The notes beneath the pieces are model-generated. The model was given only the letters and a program-made list of their open reading frames with translations, made no database searches and had not been told where the DNA came from. Both the position numbers and the translations under genes were made by a program. A stretch of 64,000 nucleotides of DNA. It comes from Glycera tridactyla (taxonomy: Eukaryota). Within the stretch, counting starts at the first letter, position 1, and every line of letters starts with the position of its first letter. The stretch is from the NCBI GenBank assembly GCA_965644265.1, contig OZ286461.1, positions 109,740,001 through 109,804,000 of the forward strand. The letters run 5' to 3'. Shown here in pieces: positions 62,428-64,000 of the stretch.

Positions 62428-62953
62428 CAGGGATGTGATTCTTGCGCGGATCCGCGGATTTCCGTGTTTTTGCTCAGAACTAGCAAGACATGCACATGGC
62501 AGCAAAGAGCATTCTCTGCTGATTATTTTGGCTTTTAGATCATGAAAATCGGACCGTTATTAGTGGAGATAGAGCACAATGTTTGGACGGAGTTCTCGTA
62601 GACTTCAGTCACCAGTTGCTTGGGTTTGTTGACCAACAAAATCTTGGTAGAAGTGCTCCCGGTGAGGTTTTCAGTGTTTTTGGCTGAGCCAATCACATCC
62701 CTGATACAGGGATGTGATTGTTCCGAGGATTCCCCGGTTTCTGATCACAAATGCAGCAATGCATGCAAATGACAAAAAATTGCATTTCATGCTGATTATT
62801 CTGGCTTTTAAATCATGAAAATCGGACCAGTATTAATGGAGACAAAGCACATAGTTTATAAGCAGTCATAGTAGCCATTAGTTAGCAGTTGTGGTGAAAA
62901 GCGCCACCGGTCAGGTTTTCAGTGTTTTGGGTTGTGAGCCAATCACATCCCTG
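62428..62953. mobile_element. Two tandem diverged MITE copies (62428-62703 and 62707-62953)
   Basis: Each has perfect 13-bp TIRs CAGGGATGTGATT/AATCACATCCCTG and homologous interiors (gctgattatt..atcatgaaaatcggacc); 3-bp spacer ata. Confidence 0.85.
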
Positions 62954-64000
62954 TTTATATGTTGTGAATTATTGTGATGATTTCTAACTGAGGAATTCCT
63001 TGGTGATATTCAAAAGGGAAAATTGCATTTGGGAGTCCCTGACCTGATTGTATTTACACCTCAAGTTGGAAACGGCACATTTTTAGCCCAAATCTTCTGA
63101 ACAAGAAGCCTGCGGTTTAGACCGCACTAAAAAGCAGCCAACCCCGCCGCCGCTACGCTTCGCGCGGCAACCCCAACCAAAATGGTGGCGACTATCTCCA
63201 AACGTTCGCAAACGGTGCAGTTCATGGCGCGCTGCCCCCGCCATTGGGATTGGCCGAAAAAGGGATGATAGACGCCCTTTCCTGTATACATTTACTGAAT
63301 TTGTATGTCTGCCTGAGTTAAAAATGTGAAATTAGTAGCTCACTGTCCAGTACTCTCAACATATAATCACCCAGCCCTACAATGTTCAGCAGGATCGGTC
63401 TAGCTTGAACCTTTCATTTCCCTGGACCATTTAGTGAATCACAACCAGACACAGCTGACTGCATGGACTGAGCACTCCACAATCACCATCGCTGCCAAGG
63501 CTCCATTCAAACCAGAGTCAGGTTGGGTAATATAGGATGGAAGTTCCAGGCAGTAACCTCCTCATAGAGGTGCCTTCTGTCTGGAAATTGCACAACATTT
63601 GTGAAGACGCTACCCGTTTCTAGGAGAGAGGGCGCCACAATCGACCGGTAAATAAATCACTTGGACGTTGACAACGACAGGGTACGGACGTGTATACACG
63701 ATCCGAACGTAGGCGCTGACGATTAATTCCAGCTACGTTAAAATATCCCTCAGTAGAGACGGATGTGTGGAGATGGCATGTGTATAAGACCGGCCACACG
63801 TCAATTTAATAATAATTATTCCAAACTGCGAGTTTGATGACATAAAATATCGGACAAAGGAGGACTTCCCCAGGTAGGTATTCAGGTCAATTAGATATTT
63901 CCCGCGATATACGGGCTATAAATAGATTCCTGTGACGTCATGACCGGGTCTCCGGCGATACGCACAGATGATTGGCTTAGAGCAAAGCGGTTTGACCTAA

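Overview
AT-rich, repeat-dense eukaryotic DNA with several N gaps; the gene and transposon content suggests a marine invertebrate, but the species cannot be identified. Two host genes can be built by hand, both on +. (1) A 4-exon secreted glutathione peroxidase (25205-31613) with an in-frame TGA at the catalytic position and a type II SECIS at about 32424-32472, i.e. a selenoprotein that the ORF track breaks. (2) The 5' part of ATAD5/Elg1 (10 coding exons, 38477-62406, continuing past the window). The most unusual object is a 7.4-kb CR1/L2-group LINE (about 15565-22987) with three coding units: an intact 683-aa L1-type ORF1; a separate SGNH-hydrolase ORF that appears to be assembled by splicing out a 145-nt GT-AG intron and starts at an ATG overlapping the end of ORF1; and an APE-RT ORF2 with two premature stops. 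One ATAD5 intron holds four Helentron-type (HINE-like) elements nested three levels deep, with 147-, 147-, ~170- and 262-bp satellite arrays. The rest is relics of Academ-like, Penelope-like, I-group and L2/CR1 elements, SINE-like repeats, MITEs and microsatellites. All family assignments come from motif recognition by eye; no database search was run.
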